Source of the DNA: Marsupella aquatica | Taxonomy: Eukaryota > Plantae > Marchantiophyta | DNA length: 64,000 nt | Direction: 5' to 3' | NCBI GenBank assembly: GCA_973895155.1 | Contig: OZ316891.1 | Coordinates: 15,345,037 to 15,409,036, forward strand | Shown: positions 29,701 to 42,967 of the stretch, one piece after another | Layout: every line of letters starts with the position of its first letter | Numbering within the stretch: the first letter of the stretch is position 1 | The notes under the pieces: generated by a model | The model's database searches: none | Told to the model about the DNA's origin: nothing | What the model saw: the letters and a program-made list of their open reading frames with translations, nothing else | Position numbers and translations under genes: made by a program

Positions 29701-32700
29701 AGCCATTTTATAGAATATGACTACATATTGACTACCCTAAGTCACAAAGTACGCCCAGAAATGAGTCACCTCACCGCAAGTACTCTCTACCTGTGATTGG
29801 CAGTACCTGCAATGCTAGAGCCTTGGCGATGGATACACAAGGTACCGACACAGCAAGAAATCGTGTCTTCTCAAGCATTTTCACAGAATCTACCACCAAG
29901 AGCATGGCTGACTGAAGGCCTGGATGTAGCCATGCTGCTGAAGTAGCCAGATTCATTGATTGCACCAGAAAGGAGTGACCTTCAACTGCGACAGGCCTTG
30001 GACCCTTCATGGCATACTCTGCTCATGACAATCAATCTGAGCTCTCTAGTTTTGAAAAAGAAGGGAACCAAAATCACCTCTACCTATCTATGACTTTGCC
30101 AAAGCCATTATGCAGGGATATTCAGATACAGTAGGCATGCTGGCAATCTTTCTAGTAGAAGCATTAGGTGGCCAAAGCATGTGAATTCCGTACACCGAAA
30201 TTCAGCAAACGGGGCAGACATTACAATGGCCGTGAAGGCGGGAAAGAAGAACTCTTGTCACTAGATGTACGTGACGAAGTGTGTGAACGGTTCCTTGAAC
30301 ATAAAAATATCAGAGCAAATATAATTCAAGTATTGCTGTGCGCTGCATGAGTTCAGTTGGCAATATCCATGCTGCTTCAAAGACAGAAGTGAGATGATAA
30401 CCTGTCCAGTAAGAGCATACCAGCTTTTGGCAAGCTAGTTATGTCCATGCATGCTGAAATACTAGCAGCCTGCTCAAACTCCTGGGCAATTTCTGACAAC
30501 AGAGGAAAGAGATCATAAACTATACACTTCGCACTCTCTGGTCGATCCTTTTTTCTCCAGCTCAATAGATTTTCTGAAATCACACTTCCACCTATAGTAA
30601 ATTCTCCAGGCAGCATGAAGGCACCACTCTTCCCTGAAACTGACAACCTTCTGGTCGACATGCTTTTCTCACTTGCGCCACCATTCATTCCAACACCAAG
30701 TCGTGATTCAATACCGTACAAAGGTTTCAGTGCCTGTTTCAGAGCACAAACACTGACTTCTGAAGCTACATGCCCTTGTCTAACACTTCCTTGAGTGCTA
30801 CAGTGCGAGGGAACATTGTAACTTTGCCCATATCTTAACCGCCCTTGAGGACTGAGGTAAGTAGATATATCTTCAGACCTCCATCTACATTGAAGTTTCA
30901 AGCTCTTGAATGAAGACTCTCTGAAGGGATCATCGAAATCATTTGCCGTAGCACTCAAAGGTTCCGTTGTGCAGGTCGGCTGCATCCCGGTTATCATCGA
31001 TTTCCAATCACTGTCATGGTCGGCGAAGCTCCGACGAGCTTGTGGTTCCTGCATGAAGCTGAAAGTTAACTCCCTCCCCACAAAACATCTAGTACAAAGT
31101 AGCTTGGGAGATCAGCCTCCACCTAGTTGCAGATCAAAAAGGACATTTCAATAGTTGAAGATCAACGCCAACGCTGATGATGTGGAATGAGTTGGGTAAG
31201 GAGGTCAAAAGCGAAGTCAGAGAGTTTCTCACTATTTTCCTATCGACTTAGCCGGATGTGACCAACCTCTCGAAGGCGAATGTTGAGCCGAGCCACCAAG
31301 CGCATCGGAATTTGCAGGTCATCTAATTCCATACTTGGCCAGCCAGGAGGTGTCACTTTAGATCTCCATGAAGGAGTGTTGTCAAGGCTTGCACCGCTAC
31401 TTCCAAGGTTTGACTTACACAAAGGGGTGCCTGCATACTGTGTTGAAAACCCAGACAAATTCTGAGAGTCGCATGGCTCTCCACTAGAATTTTCACTGGA
31501 AATAGTACGATACATACCGCTGCTACTGTCATAGCCCACTACGACACATTCTTGCCATCTCCATGTTCCATCTGGGGAATAGCTTAAGGACTCAGCAATT
31601 TTGGGGAAAGTGAGATCGCTTAGTGCTGAGTGCTTATTCTCTTCAAGCTGCAGCAAAGGCCCTAGTGCAGTTTGGACATCCCACTTCCGAAGCACCAACC
31701 GCCTGTAGGGACAAACTTAGGCACAAAGAGAAACAAGCAATAAGAAGAGAGAACGCTCTGCATTTATTCCACTCAGGGCACGAGCAACAGTTTTTAATGC
31801 AAACCAAAAACGGATTGGTTGCGCATCTCCAGTTAGTACATGTCGCCGTTATATAACATTCTGAAAAGTATTATGGTTAGAAAACTATTTTCAGTTTACC
31901 CAGGCCAACAGGACTTTCCACGGATCCACGCTCGAACACTTACTTACATCTTGACAAAAACGCATGCCAGTTCAATATCGAATCGACGGACAAAGTGGAG
32001 ATATTCGAACACGAGAAAGCAGAGAATAAGCTGAGAATGTTTACAAGAGAAAGGACTGAGGCAAATATTTGATGCCACGCTCAACTATTTCTCTCCAAAA
32101 TTGAAATGTGGTCGAAATAGCGTACATGACCGCCTGTTTATCAAACAAGTAAGCAAAGCCTAGTAACAATGGCTTCCTACCTTGAAGCATACAAAAGCGC
32201 CTGCTTTATCTGTTCGGCTCCTACTCTTCTCTTTCTCCTCCTGGAATGCCTTCCTTGTCGTCCCTTAAAATTCGTATCCCCGCACCTGCTCTTCTTATAA
32301 CCCACGATCTTGCGACTTTCATACGGATTCTTGGACCCGAGGTAATTGAGAAACTTTCGTCCTCTGGGCTTGCCTTCTTTTGACTCCTCTGAAATCTCTG
32401 AGGGCTCGTTGTCTTGCAACATCAATGACGTCACAATTGCACACGAATTCATGGCTCGGAGGGCTGTTCCCTTGGGTCGCCGGTGCTTCACCCTCGAGTA
32501 AGAATGTCGTTTTGCCGAAGGGCCTGAAGAATTGGATACAATATCGGAAGCCGAGCAAGACGAGGTCTGAGCCACCTCCATGGCTTCTGCCAAGGTACTC
32601 TTGATGCCAGAGAGATGGCGGAAGAGGAAATTCAAGGGAAGTGGGCTCCCTTGACTTCGTGGAGTAACAGCAAGGGAGCTGTCCACGGTGCTCCTCCTCG

Positions 32701-32851
32701 AGGAAGACGTGAGAAGCCATCCACTTTCACTGTCCAGATCACTAGCAGTCAGCTTTGAGGGACTTTTTGGGCGACCGATTTCTGACTTGCTGCCCTCCCC
32801 CTTCAGCCCTTCCTCAAAGGAAACATTGCGTCTGGGGATGGTCTCGCCCAT
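5722..32851 (-). CDS. Axonemal dynein heavy chain, inner-arm monomeric type (DNAH1-like), divergent, many exons
   Basis: The N-terminal region (WQECVVVGYD, LVARLNIRLRE) is followed by a linker (KRTTFPRFFFLSNDELLQ, SFEWQRTMRYYW, RLVMTSLTEKC). P-loops: AAA1 GAAGVGKTE, AAA2 GGPGTGKT, AAA3 GAPGTGKT, AAA4 GYSGSGRRS. Stalk/MTBD: ISELKSFTQPP, RISVACRSICVWIRAMYNY. AAA5: AGLPSDDHSMENA. AAA6: WVLLQNCH, FRLWLTT, VYGGYI. C-terminus: YCCPVYTT and HWALRGVALICSCRD*, with the stop at 5722-5724. The ATG at 32851 is a likely but unconfirmed start, and some 3' exons were not resolved. Confidence 0.9.
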
Positions 32852-33859
32852 ACTTGACACACCCCTTTTTCAATTTGCAAGGTGTTTATTATGTAAGATG
32901 TATGTGCCTGAGTATAATCGCTTCCAGTTTGTCACAAGCATTGAATCCCTTCAGTTTCTTTGCCTGGACGGAGCTCAGACGGAGGTGATCAGTGTTGAAC
33001 GAGTTTTAGTGCCAGGGAGCTTCTTTGCAATACTTTCCAATTCCTTTCATTCATGATTGGTAAAATCTATTTGGATATGTAAGGAAGCCATCGATACTGT
33101 GGCGATTTTCAAACCTGGTGGCTATGCGAAACAAGTCCCTGACCTCGATGAGAATGGCTCGCTTGCAAACATGGCCACCAGATTTGAGAAGACCAGAGTC
33201 TCCGAACCCTTCAATGTACATGACGTTGTCACTAGGTCTTCATCCTGGTTGATACAATTCCGCGGATAGCTCTTCCTCCTGGTTGACACATTTCCACCGA
33301 AGAAGAGAGTTTATTTCCGTCAAGCTGATGACGAATGACAACGAGAAACTTTTCTAGTCTGCGCTGCACATATCTCAGTCCTTTCGTTGCTGATAAACGG
33401 TTCACGTGTGTCTAGGGACATGACCATAGGGACTGGCGATTATGAAGAGCTTTACCTGCGGCTTCAAGATGCCACTCTTAACAGTCAACTTAAGCTTGAC
33501 CGAGCGTTTGAATTGCAGGAGAGCTTGTCAAAATTGCACAATCAGTGGGTCCTTGATTGATGCGTGTACAAGAGTTGCGGAACTGATTCCAAACAGACTG
33601 AAGCTGTACATTGCTGCAGCACCGAGTAAGTTCTTCAACTCAGACATCGAGAGACGAACTGTTCGTGTAACTGACAACACTCTTTGTTTCCCTTCCCTGC
33701 CTTCAACATCCTCCGTAAGACCACATGCCATGGTTAATTAACGGGAGGAACAACTCTAGTTGACCCCGAGTTAAATCTACGCCAAGTTAATGTTCCCCCA
33801 TTTTCCCGGGGCGCCGTACACTGCCCGTCCCATTCCCCGATGTTGCTGCCCGCTCCGAC

Positions 33860-34360
33860 CCAAGTTTGGCAGAACATAAACCAATACTCTACGATTTAAC
33901 TCATGTGCTCCGGCCTGATCAACTTTGCGCCATCGACTTCAGGTTTATGTTTTGGCAACCAAAACTTTTCGTTGGCCGCTCTTGCCCGATTGACTTTGTG
34001 CCATCAACTTTTTGGAAAGAAGTGTTACCAAAACATAAACCACCACTCCATAGAGAAAAAGTATTTGGCACAACATAAACCAAGACTCTATAAATCATGA
34101 CTCTTAACCAAAGTACTAGGTTTGCCCTGAACACTTAGACTCTGTTGGAAAGAAGTGTCAGAACATAAACCAAGACTCCACAAGGAAGAAATCGATGACA
34201 CAAACTTAAGTCGTCGGGCTGGAGTGAACGAAGGTGTAAAAACATAAACCCAAAGTCAATGACCCAAAGTTTATTGCAAGTCCAGATAATCGCGACCCGA
34301 ATCGCGAGTCAGAGTTATCAATTCATTTTATGCATGATGATAACTCGACTCGCGATTATT
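33860..34360. repeat. Short direct and inverted repeats (AACATAAACC) plus a hairpin; possible non-autonomous DNA element remnant
   Basis: AACATAAACC occurs at about 33873, 34032, 34072, 34161 and 34241, and inverted at about 33942. Inverted repeat ATCGCGAGTCAGAGTTATCA ... TGATAACTCGACTCGCGAT spans 34301-34356. Confidence 0.4.
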
Positions 34361-34576
34361 CTTTCTTTGAAGGTGAACAATGGGGGAGTACAATAAAAAA
34401 TGAAATAATTAAAGTATCATCATGCATAATTATTTTAATAATCATACATAGTATTCTTTTCTATACATATCCCTTTCTTTGTACATTTGTTATCGTGGAG
34501 CCATAGAGTACATTTTTTAATATAAATAAAAATTATGACAAAAAATATACATGATTATCATATGACATATTTCATA

Positions 34577-34979
34577 TGTTGGGTATTTACTCTTACGTCT
34601 AGGTTAGGTATGACGTGGTTGGTACAACAACGTGGGTTGGTACAACTACGTGATTAGGTACAACTATGTGGTTAGGTACAACTACGTGATTAGGTACAAC
34701 TATGTGGTTAGGTACAACTAAGTTGCACACTATATCATAAGAGGCATGTGTGCTTGGAGAGTTAGAACCAAGGCTCATTGTTATGGAGCCACTTGAGAGA
34801 TAGGGAGAGCTTACACTGTGGAGACTCGGTATAGCCGACGGGCTTAGAGTTCAGTAAAGCTCTCTTGTGTGTTCCCGTAGACGTAGCCTCAAGGAGGTGA
34901 ACCACGTATCTCTTGTGTCGACTATTGTGCGTTGGATGGTTCATGGGCTTGCCATTGCGATCGTCGTCTATGCTCAACA
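34577..34979 (+). repeat. 5' LTR (403 bp)
   Basis: Runs TGTTGGGTATT...GCTCAACA and contains six ~18-bp GTG(A/G)TTAGGTACAACTA units. Confidence 0.97.
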
Positions 34980-34981
34980 AT

Positions 34982-34993
34982 TGGTATCAGAGC
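34982..34993 (+). promoter_or_regulatory. Primer binding site complementary to the 3' end of initiator tRNA-Met
   Basis: TGGTATCAGAGC lies 2 nt after the 5' LTR. Confidence 0.95.
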
Positions 34994-35329
34994 ATGCTTG
35001 GGAGGTGACGTGTGTTCGTGACGGGATTTCATTACGGTTTTTCCAGCGTTGAGTGTCGGTGGATTTCCCGGAGTTCCGTCGCATGGAACTTGGAGTTTAT
35101 GGGCTCAACGGATAGATCGGGGCAAGAGCTTTCTAACGGTGTGAAGAAATTGCTGAACGGAGCTCGTGGTGCAGAGAGATCTAAGTTTTCGTCGTTCTGG
35201 ATTTTGTGAAGAAAGTTGGCAATCGACTCGGAGGGAGAAGCGTCAAGTGTTTTGACTCAACGGAGAGATTGAGGCAAGACGATTGTTTTGAGTCCGGGAT
35301 TGGCTCTTTGATGCAAAGAGGAAGAGCAC

Positions 35330-38300
35330 GTGACACCGATACCATCACCGGTGCGGCGTGTGGTGGAGGAAGCAGTACTACTACCGGAGCTCACGGTAGT
35401 GCCAAAGAAGAAGATTGGGACTTTCAAGCTTGGGGGACCCAAGTATGAAGTGACAAAGTATGATGGGCGCTCTGACTACTTGCTATGGGAGAAGCAGGTG
35501 AAGGGAGTGCTCTATGCGTCAGGGATGGGCCAACTGCTGAGCCCTCGTGAAGACGATGTTGATGAGAAACAATGGGACCGCATGCAGGAGCAGGGAGTGT
35601 GGTGTGTTACACTCTATCTCATGCCTCCCATCATCAAGCAGTTGGGTGCACATAAGGATTGCATGTCCTTGTTTGCGGAATTGCAGAGCAAGTATCACCG
35701 CAAGGAGTTGTCGAACCGGCTCTACACTTCCTACAAACTCATGAGTTTCAGGATGAAGGAATCCGGTATAAAGTTGCAAGACCATGTGGATGCTTTCAAC
35801 GACATGGTCGTTGACTTGGAAAACCTTGGGGAGACTTTGAATGATGAGACGAAGGCTCTGCAGCTTCTTAGTTCATTGCCTCCATCTTACCAGTCCCTAT
35901 CACGAGTGTTGTTGCATCGTGATAGGGATACCATTTCATACAATGACGTGGTAAGTTCTCTGCTTAGTGATGATCTTCAGCAGAAGATGCACATCACATC
36001 ACAACCTTTATCATCTGGTGTTGCCTTCAATGTTAACCGTGGGAGGGGTATGCAGTGACCAACTGGGGACCGTAGAACCCAGTTTAGATCTAAATCCAGA
36101 TCTAAGTCCAAGGGTAAATCCCCTCAGAGGAGGCAGGTGACATGTTGGAAGTGCAACCAAGTTGGACACTTCAAGCGAGACTGTAAGGGAAAGGCAGCGA
36201 AAACTTCATCGGCAAATGTGGCTAGGGCTGATGGAGAAGCTGATTTACTCAATGATGAGTATGTTTTATGAAGTCGGGGGTATGCCCTGTGCACGTCATC
36301 TAGGAGAGCAGATGATGTGTGGATTCTTGATTGTGCTTGCTCTTTTCATATTTGTTACATTCGTGAGTTTTTCAGTTCTTACTCTATTTCAAACGGTTCA
36401 GTTCTGATGGGAAATGATCACTCCTGTCAAATTGAGGGAATTGGGTCTGTGAAGATTCAAATGTTTGATGGCGCTGTGCGCACAGTGTCCGGAGTCAGGT
36501 ATGTACCTAGCATGCGTAAGAATCTGATTTCACTCGGTGTGTTGGATTCAAATGGTCATCAATGGAGCGTTATTGATGGTGAACTTCAAGTCAGGTCGGG
36601 AGAGACAATGATTTTGAAGGGGAGTAGACAAAAGAATTTGTATGTGTTACAGGGCAATACTGTATGTGGAGAGGCCAATGTAACCAAGTCTCACGAGGAG
36701 ATGACTCAACTGTGGCATTCACGGCTAGGCCACATGAGTGAGAAGGGTTTGGCTATCTTACGGAAGAATGGACTCATTTCTGATTTGCAATCTTGTAAAT
36801 TAGAGTTTTGTGAGCATTGCATTCTTGGAAAGCAGCATCGTCGTGATTTTGGTGTTGGAACTCATCGTTCCAAAGCGGTTCTTGAGTACATACATAGTGA
36901 CGTGTGGGGTCCATCCCCGACTCCCTCACACTCTGGAAAGTTGTACTATGTATCATTTATTGATGATTACTCAAGATTTGTGTGGATTTATTTCATGACG
37001 CATAAGTCTGATGTCTTGTCCATTTTTAAGAAGTGGAAGGCCCAGGTGGAGAATCAGACTGGAAACACGATCAAGTGTTTGGATACAAGGGTGAAGAGTC
37101 TGAGGTCAGACAACGGCGAGGAGTACACTTCAATGGAATTTGAAGAGTACTGTTCAGAACAGGGGATAACTCGCCATCTCACCATAGTTTATACTCCGCA
37201 GCAGAATGGTGTCGCTGAGAGGCTCAATCGGACACTGTTGGAGCGGTCACGGAGTATGTTGAGCCAATCAGGTTTACCACAAGAATTTTGGGCAGAAGCT
37301 ATCAATACCGCAGCTTATTTGGTAAATCTTTCTCCTTCTAGTGCTATCAATTTCAAAACGCCGTTTGAGATGCGCTATAAGCGGCAAGCAGACTATCATG
37401 GCTTGGTAGTTTTTGGAAGTGATGCATATGCTCTCACACCGAAGCAGAATAGGACCAAGTTGGATCCTACCTCCAAGAAATGTGTTTTTCTTGGGTACCA
37501 AAGTGGTGTGAAAGCCTATAGGCTATGGGATCCTATTGCCTGTAAGCTCGTTGTCAGTAGGGATGTTTCCTTCAATGAATCCAGATTATTGAAGGAGGGG
37601 GAGAATACTCAGGTCTCCCGTACTGACAAAGGAAAATCTCCTATCCCGGATCTCGTTGAGGGGGAGATTGGTTATGAGGTGCATGACCGGAGAGAAGGAG
37701 TTGCTCCAATTATGGAGCTGGTTCCTGTGCCAGAGGAACCAGAGGAGTTTGTTGATGCTGGTGAGCAGCAAGTGGATGCTATTGAGCTTCAAATTGTACC
37801 AGCACACGCAGATCAACCGAAGTCATCGGCTAGAAGAACATCTAGTCGCACTGTACGTGCTCCACCAAGGTATGGACAGTGGGTTGATTCATCTCAACTG
37901 CAAGAAAATGATTTTGCAACTGATGATGAGGGTGATGCGTTAATTTTGGAAGAAGGGGAACCTTCTTCATTTCATGAGGCAAGTGCTTCAAAGGAGAAGC
38001 AGAAGTGGACTGCAGCAATGCAAACGGAGATGCAGTCACTAAAGGACAACAAAACTTGGGAGCTTGTTAAGCTGCCTAAGGGTCAGCAAGTGGTGGACAG
38101 CAAGTGGATTTACAAGCTGAAGGATAATTCCATAGGAGGTGGATCGAAGGTCTACAAGGCTAGGTTGGTAGCAAAGGGATTCACACAAGAGAAAGGTGTG
38201 GATTACAATGAGGTCTTCTCACCAGTTGCTAAGTACTCTACAATACGACTATTGTGTGTACTTGTTGTAATGTTTGGTCTACTGCTAGATCAAATGGATG

Positions 38301-39544
38301 TTGTCACAGCTTTCCTCTATGGCACATTGGAAGAGGTGATTTTCATGAGACAACCGCTAGGTTTTGTGAAGAGAGGACAGGAGGAATTGGTTTGCAGATT
38401 GCTGAAATCCTTGTATGGGTTGAAGCAGTCACCAAGACAGTGGAACAAACGGTTTGACGATTGGATTCGGTCACAAGGTTTTCACAGAAGTGTATTTGAC
38501 CCTTGTGTGTATTTGAAATCGGTAAAGAATATTGTATTTGGGTTCATTGTTTTAGTACTTTATGTGGATGATATGCTAATTGCAGCCAAGGATAGGTCTG
38601 AGATTGTTAAGCTCAAGGCACTGCTTAGTGTAGAGTTTAAGATGAAGGACTTAGGGCCAGCTAAGAGGATTTGGGGTATGGAGATCACTAGGGACTTGGA
38701 GGCTGGCAAGCTATGGTTGACGCAGAGCAGTTATGCGAGGAAGGTAATTGCAAGGTTCAACATGGGGAATAGCAAGCCAGTAAGTACCCCGTTGGCTCCA
38801 CACTTCAAGTTATCATCAGCGTTCTGTCCTACGGATGACACAGAGAAGGGGTTGATGTCAAAGGTTCCGTATGACAAGGCAGTGGGGAGTCTCATGTATT
38901 TGATGACTTGCACTAGACCTGATCTTGCCATGGCTATGGGCAAGGTAAGCAGGTACATGTCAAATCCAGGGAAGGTACACTGGGAAGCAGTGAAGTGGAT
39001 TATCAGGTACTTGAAGGGTACCGTGGATCATGGTCTTTTATTTGATGCGAATGCAAAGAATGCTAAATCATTGATTGGCTATGTTGATTCTGACTATGGA
39101 CAAGATTTGGACCGAAGGAGATCAACAACAGGATACGTGTTCACACTTGGCGGTGGATGCATAAGTTGGAGGTCTACTTTGCAGAAGTGTATTGCTCAGT
39201 CTACTACAGAAGCGGAGTATGTTGCAGCTGCGGAAGCAGCAAAGGAAGCGATTTGGTTGGATAGACTTATCACTGAAATGGGATTGCCACAGGGGAATGT
39301 GAAGCTCCATTGTGATAGTCAAAGTGCGCTCCACCTTGCTGTGAACCAGGTGATGGACAGCAGAGTGAAGCACATTGACGTTAGGTACCATTTTATCAGG
39401 CAGGCTGTGTCTGATAATTTGTTTGAGCTAGTCAAGATTGATGGTAAACTCAACCCGGCTGACGCATTTACCAAAGTGATTCCTTTGGAGAGTTTCTCTA
39501 GACACCGTGACGTATTGCAGGTTTTGCAATTGCATCACAAGTAG
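35330..39544 (+). pseudogene. Copia gag-pol in a single frame, interrupted by two in-frame TGA codons (36056-58, 36269-71)
   Basis: Gag UBN2-like region (LQLLSSLPPSY) and zinc knuckle CWKCNQVGHFKRDC. Protease WILDCACSFH. Integrase LWHSRLGH..CEHC, IHSDVWGP, RSDNG, PQQNGVAERLNRT. RT KARLVAKGF, SLYGLKQSPRQW, LYVDDM. RNase H YVDSD, CDSQSA, ADAFTK. Confidence 0.93.
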
Positions 39545-39734
39545 AGTTTTCTTAACATTCATTGTAATTACTGATATATGCTCTTCCTCATTCCTATGTA
39601 TTAGGCTACGGCTTAGTTCTGGTTTGCTCTAGTTAGAGAGAGAAACCGGTTTGGTTTTTGTCCAGAACTTCCCGCTGAGGGATCATATACATTGGCAATA
39701 TTACTCTCCCCTAGACCAGAGTCAAGGGGAAGAT

Positions 39735-40083
39735 TGTTGGGTATTTACTCTTACGTCTAGATTAGGTATGACGTGGTTGGTACAACAACGTGGGTTGGTA
39801 CAACTACGTGATTAGGTACAACTAAGTTGCACACTATATCATAAGAGGCATGTGTCCTTGGAGAGGTAGAACCAAGGCTCATTGTTATGGAGCCACTTGA
39901 GAGATAGGGAGAGCTTACACTGTGGAGACTCGGTATAGCCGACGGGCTTAGAGTTCATTAAAGCTCTCTTGTGTGTTCCCGTAGACGTAGCCTCAAGGAG
40001 GTGAACCACGTATCTCTTGTGTCGACTATTGTGCGTTGGATGGTTCATGGGCTTGCCGTTGCGATCGTCGTCTATGCTCAACA
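39735..40083 (+). repeat. 3' LTR (349 bp)
   Basis: Matches the 5' LTR except for three fewer 18-bp units and about 5 substitutions. Confidence 0.97.
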
Positions 40084-40593
40084 TCATATTCATAAATTTT
40101 CCCATCCACATGATGAACCATGGAATTATGGTCTAGAGCTTCAACTCTAACTAGCCTAGGCCCCATCTCTAACTTATAGTCGATGCTTTATAAGTAAGAT
40201 TAGAGTAACTAGTAGTTAACTATCATAAATTATTTAATTTTACAATATTTACTATTCAGGAAAGGTTCCAACCTGAATTTTGACTAACTTGGTTACTAGT
40301 CTTGAGAATAAAGGAAATTGTCCTTTTGATGGAGGTTGAAAAGTGTCACCATTTACCATCAATTCCGTCTGAATTTTCTGAATTCCCACCCTATCTTCCT
40401 TTGGTACCCCTCCACCTATGGCCTCCAAGAGAGTCCCAAACAACATGGGGGACAGGAATTGATCCAGAACTTACAAGTCGCTTGCATTGTGTGCTTTGAA
40501 CTTCCCTGGCTGAAGTTTGTCACTCTAATCTCCAAAACCCTCACAGCAAGCATCAATTTGTCCTTCAAGTAATCGCACCACTCCCAATTCAAG

Positions 40594-41060
40594 TGTTGAG
40601 CATAGACGACATTCGTAACAGCAAGCCCATGAACCATCCAACGCACAATAGTCCACACAGAGAGATACGTGGTTCACCTCCACATGAGGCTACGTCCACG
40701 AGATCACACAAGTCAAAGCTTTACTGCACTCTAGGTCGAACGGCCATACCAAACATCCACAACACAAGCTCTCCCTATCTCTCAACTAGCTCCGTAACAA
40801 TGAGCCTAAGTTCCACCAGGGTCTGGCATTAGCCCTGGCTTAATACACTACAGCACTACCGCTAACATTAGTTAAGTCCTAACCTGAGTTAGACTAACTG
40901 TGGTTAGCTCATGAGTCACAAGACTATAGCAATATCTAACAAACTCCCCCTTGACTCTTGTCTTGGGGACTCGACTAAATGCTACCATATGGAATCCTCT
41001 GCGGGAAGTTCTAGACAATCACCAAACCAGGTCTCCCCCTAAAAACCACAACAACCCCAA
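40594..41060 (-). mobile_element. Truncated related Copia: 3' LTR (40594-40941), PPT (40942-40957) and 3' UTR, broken off near 41.06 kb
   Basis: The reverse complement of the neighbour's LTR end (GTCGTCTATGCTCAACA) starts at 40594. The PPT GAGTCAAGGGGGAGTT abuts TG. The 3' UTR (CTAGAACTTCCCGCAGAGG) is similar to 39640-39734. Confidence 0.88.
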
Positions 41061-41319
41061 TTTAAGGAAAACCAAACTTTGGAAATTCTGAAAATCACTA
41101 AATATTATTATTTTAATAAAAAGGGGGCAACATGACGCGTGGCTGCGCGTGAAACCCTGAAAATGACTGCAACGTCACATTTTTACCAATCCAACTTGAC
41201 GGGACCAAGAGACATGCTCACGCGAATAATAATAATAGAGAAATAAATCTTTGAGATCCTTTATATATGATAACCAGTATATAAGGAGTTTACAAATAGT
41301 TTCTAGAATGACATACAAA

Positions 41320-42842
41320 TTAATCTGATCTCATGCCGACTATTATTTTGGAAGCGTCCAAAATTGGGCGTCTGTTAAATTGCTCTACTAGATATCTATC
41401 TCCATGCCTCTGAATCACAGGGTCTTCCCATAGAGTATGATTATAATCATAATCTCTAAAAATAGATTTAACTGACCAATCTGAATAATCTCTTCCATTG
41501 GCAATGACAAGCGGCTCACAAGAGTTTGCTAGCTTGCTAAGATACGGAATCAACAAGTTAATCAGGAAACTGTCGTCGACCGACCCAAAATATTTGGGCG
41601 GAAATAATGATCCAACAACAGGATCTAAACAAGCATGAAATGCATCGGATTCGATAAGCATTATATTTTGCTGCAGATACGCCTTCGTATAAATTCCAAC
41701 CTTCTCAAAACACTTCAAAAATATCCGCTTATTTGATGTCACCCCATCGCATAAGTAACAATGAGACTGATCCCAAATATACTTAAATGAGGCCATTTCC
41801 ATCGCAGTAAAAATAGATGCTAAAATCTGATCTAAAAGGTTCTTCCCAAGAGAGGACCAGATCCCTACATCGAAATTCTCAAAACAGAATCTCAAGAATT
41901 CGTGAAGATGAGGCCTTGGAAAAACGTATATATTCCCAATCCGAATTCCAGTTGAGACCGCCATCAGTCGGGAATGCGGTGCAGTGTAACAGAGTAGATG
42001 CTCCACGTCTAAAACTATGAGCCCATTTTCTCTGCTGCAATGAATCTCCTGTAGAGAAACACAAGAAGATGCATGAGCCCGTATGGATGTAGTCACGCGA
42101 ATGGTCGCGTCACATATTACAGAGAAAAAATCCTCTACACTCTGGCCATTGATAAGTGACGTCTGTTGAAGTGCTTGATAAGAACTTGATCCGCATGTCT
42201 CTGCACGTACAGATGCTCCCATATATCCTTGTTCAGATCCCAATCTCGATGTAGATTTCTAATCGACCAGATGGGATAATCGAACTTGTTAGCGAACGCA
42301 AGACAAAGCCTTGAATTTGATAGCTTTCGTAAATATGGAATGAGGTCATCCCTCAAAAAGACATCATCCAACGATCCTTGAAACGACTTAGCGAACAATA
42401 ATCCGCATACAGCTGTCTGGCATGTATGGGAAGGACAGGCATCAATCTGGATTATATTCTCTGGTCGATAATCTTGAAACATATCACGTAGTCTCTCGAT
42501 AGATTTGAAGACAACAGTCTTATAATTTTTCTTCACATAACCAAGATTCCAGCAATGATCCCGCGTGAACACATATATCAGCTGCGATAGGTCGGTGCTC
42601 GACAACACTTCTGAAAGTATCTGATAAACCAGTTTATCGTCGAGAATAGACCAGACCATCACATCAAAATGATCATAACAGAATTTTATAAGATCATGAA
42701 GATGCGGCCTCGGAATGACACATAGAGATCCGATATGAATTCCGGGTGTCGACTTGAGCTGAGGAGTATATTTTGAAACAGAGCACAAGAAGTTTTCCAG
42801 TCCTAAACCTAGAAGTTGACGTGACCTGCTCCACTTAGACAC
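41320..42842 (-). CDS. Two tandem degenerate FCP1/SCP (NIF) HAD phosphatase-like domains (exons 42842-42141 and 42048-41320); possibly the tail of the upstream large gene
   Basis: Motifs PRPHLHDLIKFCYDHFDVMVWS, VVFKSIERL, PENIIQID and PRPHLHEFLRFCFENFDVGIWSS, YIWDQSHC, RIFLKCF, QNIMLIESD. A phase-0 GT-AG intron at 42140-42049 joins ...HLSMAR|EIHCSR in frame. The DxDxT motif is degenerate in both (LGLGLEN, VLDVEH). Confidence 0.8.
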
Positions 42843-42967
42843 CTGTAAATGAACAATTTGATTCTCATATTATGCAATTGCAAACAACCACGTGACCGGG
42901 CACGTCACTCCCAAAAGTTCAATTTCAATCAATTTATAAATAATAATTGATAATAAACAATAAACGT

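Larger units (their letters stand above)
34577..40083 (+). mobile_element. Full-length Ty1/Copia LTR retrotransposon
   Basis: TG...CA LTRs at 34577-34979 and 39735-40083. 5-bp TSD TCATA at 34572-34576 and 40084-40088. PBS TGGTATCAGAGC at 34982-34993. PPT at about 39719-39734. Domain order gag-PR-IN-RT-RH. Confidence 0.98.

Noticed and set aside
5767-33741. Many short + strand ORFs across the dynein locus
   Set aside because: They are antisense to dynein exons or intronic and show no recognisable motifs.
41096-41100. CACTA pentamer near the left boundary of the large element
   Set aside because: It lies in AT-rich sequence with no matching terminus visible, and the catalytic core is not a CACTA TnpD-type transposase.
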